DNA of 32,000 nt from an uncultured Actinomycetes bacterium. Lineage in GTDB: Bacteria > Actinomycetota > Actinomycetes > S36-B12 > CAIYMF01. The stretch spans positions 450,001 to 482,000 of the forward strand of contig CAWJMG010000003.1 in assembly GCA_963843975.1 (NCBI GenBank), given 5' to 3'. The notes beneath the pieces are model-generated. The model saw nothing but the letters and a program-made list of their open reading frames with translations. It was not told the origin of the DNA and did not search any database. A program made the position numbers and the translations under genes. Positions 27,552 to 32,000 of this stretch are shown one piece after another. The number at the start of each line of letters is the position of its first letter. Position 1 is the first letter of the stretch.

Positions 27552-29612
27552 GTGCCCAATGTGACGGGATCCGCCAAGCGACTCATCGTCGGTCGAGCCC
27601 TCTCGAGCGAGCAGATGGGCGAGACCCTCCTGCCCAAGAGGGTCGCGCTGCCGGTCTTCGCCTCCGACGCGCTCTCGTCCAACGCGTACGCGACCCAGGA
27701 GATCCTCCTGGTGCTGTCCCTGGGTGGCGCCGCCTTCTACATGTACGCGCCGTGGGTCGCGGCGATGGTCGTGCTCGTCTACGCCGTGGTCGTCATGTCG
27801 TACCGCCAGAACGTCTACGCCTACCCGAGCGGTGGCGGCGACTACGAGGTCGTCACGACGAACCTCGGCCCGAACGCGGGCGTCTTCGTGGCGAGCGCCC
27901 TGCTCGTGGACTACGTGCTCACGGTCGCCGTGTCGATCGCTGCGGCGGTCGCCAACCTCGCCTCGGCGTACCCCTTCATCGAGACGCACAAGGTGCAGTG
28001 GGCCGTCGGGGCCATCGTCGTGATCACGCTGATGAACCTCCGCGGTGTCCGCGAGTCGGGCGTCGTGTTCGCGATCCCGACGTACGGCTTCGTCGTGGGC
28101 ATCTTCGGCATGGTGGGCTACGCGCTGTTCCGGATCTGGCAGGGCGACGTCCTGCTCGCGGAGAGCGCGACGTGGGAGATCAAGCCCGAGGCGGGCTTCA
28201 CCGGCCTCGCGCTCGTGTTCCTCGTCGCGCGCGCGTTCTCCTCCGGCACCACCGCGCTCACGGGCATCGAGGCGATCGCCAACGGCGTGCCCGCGTTCAA
28301 GAAGCCCAAGAGCAAGAACGCCGCGACCACGCTCGCGATGCTCGGCGGCATCGCGATGGTGATGTTCGCGTCGATCACGTGGCTCGCGCTCTACACGCAG
28401 GTGAAGGTCACCGAGTTCGACTCCGACCTGATCGGCCTTCCCCCGGGCGAGAACCAGAAGACCGTGATCGCGCAGATCGCCCAGGCGGTGTTCGGCGACT
28501 TCACCATCGGCTTCCTGTACGTGTCGTTCTCGACCGCGCTCATCCTCGCGCTGGCAGCGAACACCGCGTTCAACGGCTTCCCGGTGCTCGGCTCGATCCT
28601 CGCCCGCGACGGCTACCTGCCGCGCCAGCTGCACACCCGCGGCGACCGCCTCGCGTTCTCCAACGGCATCCTCGTGCTCGCGGGCCTCGCGGTGCTGCTC
28701 GTGGTGATCTACCAGGCCGAGGTCACGAACCTGATCCAGCTCTACATCGTGGGCGTCTTCGTGTCGTTCACGCTGAGCCAGCTCGGCATGATCCGGCACT
28801 GGAACCGCCTCATGCGCGGCACGCCGACCCCGGCCGAGAAGCGGCACATGCTCGTCAGCCGGTCGATCAACGCCGTCGGCTTCGTCCTCACCGGCAGCGT
28901 CCTCGTGATCGTGCTCGTCACGAAGTTCACGCACGGCGCCTGGATCGTCTGCGTCGCCATGCCGCTCATCTGGTTCCTCATGAAGAGCATCCGCAAGCAC
29001 TACGACGTGGTGCGCCTCGAGCTGGCCGCGGGCGACAACGAGCAAGTGACCCTGCCGGCCCGCGTGCACGCCGTCGTCCTCGTGTCCAAGGTGCACAAGC
29101 CGACGCTGCGGGCGCTCGCGTTCGCGCGCGCCACGCGCCCGAGCACGCTCGAGGCCGTGACCGTCGACGTCGACGAGGCCGACACCGCACGGCTGGTCGC
29201 CGACTGGGACCGCCGTGCGATCCCTGTGCCGCTCAAGGTGCTCGACTCGCCGTACCGCGAGGTCACGCGCCCGATCCTCGACCACGTGCGCGGCCTGCGC
29301 CGCAGCAGCCCGCGCGACCTCGTCATCGTCTACGTGCCCGAGTACGTCGTGGGCCACTGGTGGGAGCAGGTCCTGCACAACCAGAGCGCGCTGCGCCTGA
29401 AGAGCCGCCTGCTGTTCCAGCCCGGCGTCATGGTGTGCGCGGTGCCCTGGCAGCTGGCGTCGTCCGAGGGCCTTGTCGACAAGCCCGAGCCTGTGGCCGC
29501 CGGCGCCGTCCGTAGGGGCGAGCCGGACGCCGTCACCCAGGACGCCGTGGTCGCGGCCGAGTTCGTCGAGCCGGACGGCGGCGTCCGAGGGACCGCCGGT
29601 CCCACCTCATGA
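27552..29612 (+). CDS. APC-superfamily permease with about 200-aa cytoplasmic C-terminal domain
   Basis: 686 aa. N-terminus LPVFASDALSSNAYATQE is followed by about 12 TM segments, then a soluble tail (VHAVVLVSKVHKPTLRALAFARATRP...LVIVYVPEYVVGHWWEQVLHNQSALRLK). Confidence 0.8.
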   Translation: MPNVTGSAKRLIVGRALSSEQMGETLLPKRVALPVFASDALSSNAYATQEILLVLSLGGAAFYMYAPWVAAMVVLVYAVVVMSYRQNVYAYPSGGGDYEVVTTNLGPNAGVFVASALLVDYVLTVAVSIAAAVANLASAYPFIETHKVQWAVGAIVVITLMNLRGVRESGVVFAIPTYGFVVGIFGMVGYALFRIWQGDVLLAESATWEIKPEAGFTGLALVFLVARAFSSGTTALTGIEAIANGVPAFKKPKSKNAATTLAMLGGIAMVMFASITWLALYTQVKVTEFDSDLIGLPPGENQKTVIAQIAQAVFGDFTIGFLYVSFSTALILALAANTAFNGFPVLGSILARDGYLPRQLHTRGDRLAFSNGILVLAGLAVLLVVIYQAEVTNLIQLYIVGVFVSFTLSQLGMIRHWNRLMRGTPTPAEKRHMLVSRSINAVGFVLTGSVLVIVLVTKFTHGAWIVCVAMPLIWFLMKSIRKHYDVVRLELAAGDNEQVTLPARVHAVVLVSKVHKPTLRALAFARATRPSTLEAVTVDVDEADTARLVADWDRRAIPVPLKVLDSPYREVTRPILDHVRGLRRSSPRDLVIVYVPEYVVGHWWEQVLHNQSALRLKSRLLFQPGVMVCAVPWQLASSEGLVDKPEPVAAGAVRRGEPDAVTQDAVVAAEFVEPDGGVRGTAGPTS

Positions 29613-30865
29613 TGCGCGTCGGCGACCGGCTGACCGTCGAGGTCGGCGCGGTCGCGCACGGCGGGCACTGCGTCGCGCGCCACGACGGCCAGGTGCTGTT
29701 CGTGCGGCACGCCCTCCCCGGCGAGCGGGTCGAGGTCGTGGTGACCGACGTGGGCCGGAAGAACCGCTTCGTGCGGGCCGACGCCGTCACCGTGCTCGAG
29801 GCCTCAGCCGACCGGGTCGAGGCGCCGTGCGCCCACTCGCGGCCGGGCGGCTGCGGCGGATGCGACTGGCAGCACGCGTCGCTGCCCGCCCAGCGGGCGT
29901 TGAAGGCGACCGTCCTGCGCGAGCAGCTCACGCGGCTCGGCGGCATCACCGAGCTCGGGGGAGCGCCGCTGCAGGAGTGCGTCGACGTCGTGGCGGTGCC
30001 CGGCGACGAGGGCGGCCTCGGATGGCGCACGCGGGTGCGGTTCGCCGTGGGGCCCAACGGGAAGGCGGGCTTCCGCGGCCACCGCTCGCACGAGGTGCAC
30101 GCGGTGGACCCGTGCCCGTTGACCTCGCCGGGCGTGCAGTCGATCGGTGCGACCCACGAGTCCTGGGACGGCTCCGAGGAGATCGAGGTCGTGGCCTCCT
30201 CCGGTGGCGACCGGACCGTGGTCGTCGAGCCCGCCAAGCTCGGGCGGCGGCTGCCGGCCGACGTCAACGTGCCCGGCCTGCGCGGCCGTGGCTGGGTGCG
30301 CGAGCTCGCGGCGGGCCGTGAGTGGCGGGTGGCGGCGGACGGCTTCTGGCAGGTGCACCCCGGTGCGGCCGAGACGCTCGTCGCCACCGTGCGCGAGCTG
30401 CTGGCACCCCAGCCGGGCGAGCACCTGCTCGACCTCTACTGCGGGGTCGGGCTGTTCGCCGGCGCGCTCGCGGCCGACCTGGGCGCCGACGGCCAGGTCG
30501 ACGCGGTCGAGGCCTCGGTCCGCGCGTGCTCCGACGCGCGGCGCAACCTGCACGACCTCCCGAACGTGCGCATCCATGCCGAGCCGGTGGAGAACTGGCT
30601 CGTCTCTGCGTCCGCCCCGGACTCCGCCGACCTGGTGGTGCTCGACCCGCCCCGCAGCGGCGCCGGCACGGACGTGATGGACGCCGTGCTCGACCGTGCG
30701 CCGCGGGCGATCGCCTATGTCGCGTGCGACCCGGCCTCTCTCGGCCGCGACCTCGGCCATGCGGTGAAGGCCGGCTGGCGGGTGACCGCCGTCCAGGGCT
30801 TCGACCTGTTCCCCATGACGCATCACCTCGAGGCGGTCGCGCTCCTCGTGCCGCCGGGGCACTGA
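29609..30865 (+). CDS. TRAM-domain class I SAM-dependent RNA (uracil-5) methyltransferase, TrmA/RumA family
   Basis: 418 aa with an N-terminal TRAM-like barrel and a Cys cluster (CAHSRPGGCGGCDWQH). SAM motif LDLYCGVGLF, DPPRSG and catalytic YVACDP are present. ATG overlaps the permease stop (ATGA). Confidence 0.85.
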   Translation: MMRVGDRLTVEVGAVAHGGHCVARHDGQVLFVRHALPGERVEVVVTDVGRKNRFVRADAVTVLEASADRVEAPCAHSRPGGCGGCDWQHASLPAQRALKATVLREQLTRLGGITELGGAPLQECVDVVAVPGDEGGLGWRTRVRFAVGPNGKAGFRGHRSHEVHAVDPCPLTSPGVQSIGATHESWDGSEEIEVVASSGGDRTVVVEPAKLGRRLPADVNVPGLRGRGWVRELAAGREWRVAADGFWQVHPGAAETLVATVRELLAPQPGEHLLDLYCGVGLFAGALAADLGADGQVDAVEASVRACSDARRNLHDLPNVRIHAEPVENWLVSASAPDSADLVVLDPPRSGAGTDVMDAVLDRAPRAIAYVACDPASLGRDLGHAVKAGWRVTAVQGFDLFPMTHHLEAVALLVPPGH

Positions 30866-30881
30866 ACGCTGCCTCGATGTC

Positions 30882-30902
30882 CGGCCACGCGTAGCGTGGC
30901 CG
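30882..30902 (+). terminator. GC-rich hairpin (9-bp stem, 3-nt loop) between the methyltransferase and VOC genes
   Basis: CGGCCACGC-GTA-GCGTGGCCG starts 17 nt after the upstream stop and ends 1 nt before ATG 30904. There is no U-tract. Confidence 0.3.
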
Positions 30903-30903
30903 C

Positions 30904-31284
30904 ATGAAGCACGTCGCAGGGGACATGTCGGTCGCCGCCCCCGTCCTCATCACCACGGACGTCCCGGCGGCTCTCGAGCGCTACCGGGCCCTCGGTTTCA
31001 TGGTGTCCGCGCACGCGGACGGGCACGAGTACGGATTCCTGCGCCGCGGCGAGGCGTGGCTGCACGTGTCGTACGCACCGGACGTCGACCCGAGCCTGAA
31101 TGCGGTGTCGGCGTACCTCTACTGCGACGACGCCGACGCCCTCCACGCCGAGTGGGCGGCGTCCGGGGTGACGGGTCGGCACGTGGCGCCCATGGACACC
31201 GACTACGGCCTCCGCGAGGGTGCGTACGTCGATCCCGACGGCAACCTGCTGCGGTACGGCAGCCCGCTCGCGCACCGCTCCTGA
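30904..31284 (+). CDS. VOC/glyoxalase-bleomycin resistance family protein
   Basis: 126 aa with a beta-alpha-beta-beta-beta-like pattern. ...AYLYCDDADALHAEWAASGV...MDTDYGLREGAYVDPDGNLLRYGSP is typical of small VOC proteins. An alternative start is ATG 30925. Confidence 0.68.
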   Translation: MKHVAGDMSVAAPVLITTDVPAALERYRALGFMVSAHADGHEYGFLRRGEAWLHVSYAPDVDPSLNAVSAYLYCDDADALHAEWAASGVTGRHVAPMDTDYGLREGAYVDPDGNLLRYGSPLAHRS

Positions 31285-31332
31285 CGGCTCGACCCCGGCG
31301 CGGCGGGGGTGGTGCGGGCCGCTACGATGAAG

Positions 31333-31350
31333 TATCTTGACGTCAAGATA
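31333..31350. promoter_or_regulatory. Perfect 18-bp palindrome TATCTTGACGTCAAGATA, candidate operator upstream of acn
   Basis: Exact inverted repeat read directly from the sequence. It lies in the most AT-rich patch of the window, 60 nt upstream of the acn start. Confidence 0.5.
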
Positions 31351-31409
31351 AATTCTGCACGGCCCGGTTCCAGCACGGAACGACGACGACGGTGGAAGGA
31401 CTCCCTGCC

Positions 31410-32000
31410 ATGGCGAGCAAGGACAGCTTCGGCGCCCGCGCCGACCTCGAGGTCGGCGGCACGACGTACGAGATCTTCCGCGTGGACGCGGTCGAGGGCT
31501 CGGCGCGCCTCCCGTTCACGCACAAGGTGCTCCTCGAGAACCTCCTGCGCACCGAGGACGGCGCCAACGTCACCGCCGATCAGATCCGCTCGCTCGGGTC
31601 GTGGGACCCGACCGCCGAGCCCAGCGAGGAGATCCAGTTCTCGCCGGCCCGCGTGATCATGCAGGACTTCACCGGCGTGCCCTGCGTGGTCGACCTCGCC
31701 ACCATGCGCGAGGCCATGAAGGACCTCGGCGGCGACCCGGCCAAGATCAACCCGCTCGCCCCGGCCGAGCTCGTCATCGACCACTCGGTGATCGCCGACC
31801 ACTTCGCGAGCCCGGAGGCCGTCGGCCTCAACGTCGAGCTCGAGTACGAGCGCAACCGCGAGCGCTACCAGTTCCTGCGCTGGGGCCAGACGGCGTTCGA
31901 CGAGTTCAAGGTCGTCCCGCCGAGCACCGGCATCGTGCACCAGGTCAACATCGAGGCGCTCGCGCGCGTGGTGATGGTCCGCAACGGGCAGGCCTACCCC
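31410..32000 (+). CDS. acn: Aconitate hydratase, N-terminal part (continues beyond the window)
   Basis: ATG at 31410 follows [33 protein letters not shown]..., [21 protein letters not shown] and GIVHQVNIE are aconitase A motifs. It is absent from the ORF track because there is no stop in the window. Confidence 0.92.
   Translation, partial: MASKDSFGARADLEVGGTTYEIFRVDAVEGSARLPFTHKVLLENLLRTEDGANVTADQIRSLGSWDPTAEPSEEIQFSPARVIMQDFTGVPCVVDLATMREAMKDLGGDPAKINPLAPAELVIDHSVIADHFASPEAVGLNVELEYERNRERYQFLRWGQTAFDEFKVVPPSTGIVHQVNIEALARVVMVRNGQAYP

Noticed and set aside
1-32000. Scan for CRISPR arrays, tRNA/rRNA genes, IS elements and integrases
   Set aside because: No regularly spaced direct repeats, no tRNA T-arm-like GGTTCGAATCC-type motif, no transposase- or integrase-like translation in any frame.

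Overview
High-G+C, actinobacterial-type chromosomal segment with about 35 protein-coding genes. I saw no rRNA, tRNA, CRISPR array or transposase. All calls rest on reading the supplied translations and the DNA by eye; no searches or statistics were run.

Most of the window is conserved core. It holds a ParC/GyrA-family topoisomerase subunit, the psuG-psuK pseudouridine salvage pair and a PatA-type GNAT/NDP-forming acyl-CoA synthetase fusion. It also holds two MFS transporters, tdk translationally coupled to a mercaptopyruvate-type rhodanese, sepH, a ferrochelatase with a Cys-rich tail, an IMPase, an SDR and a gamma-carbonic-anhydrase-like protein. The rest is the typical actinobacterial dut neighbourhood (DUF4193, DUF4235, DUF3093, thioesterase, dut, DUF3710, hydrolase, OB-fold, DUF3159). 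After it come two trkA genes divergent from an APC-type permease, a TrmA/RumA-family methyltransferase, a VOC protein and the 5' end of aconitase.

The only clearly accessory stretch is about 11.63-14.49 kb, which looks lower in G+C by eye. It carries an orphan barstar-like gene, a frameshifted DUF222/HNH (REP13E12-type) nuclease gene and a small SUKH/SMI1-KNR4-like gene co-oriented with sepH. That is two immunity-type folds bracketing a decayed nuclease, with no recognisable toxin or secretion partner.

Three genes (DUF5998-like, DUF222-HNH, DUF4235-like) each appear interrupted by one extra nucleotide, so assembly indel error must be excluded first. Other notable points are a perfect 18-bp AT-rich palindrome upstream of acn and paired TrkA genes with no TrkH/TrkG in view. 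Several start codons lie 6-8 nt after a TANNNT box (likely leaderless), and four convergent gene pairs abut or overlap at their stop codons. The many very long ORFs in the track are antisense or off-frame artefacts of high G+C.
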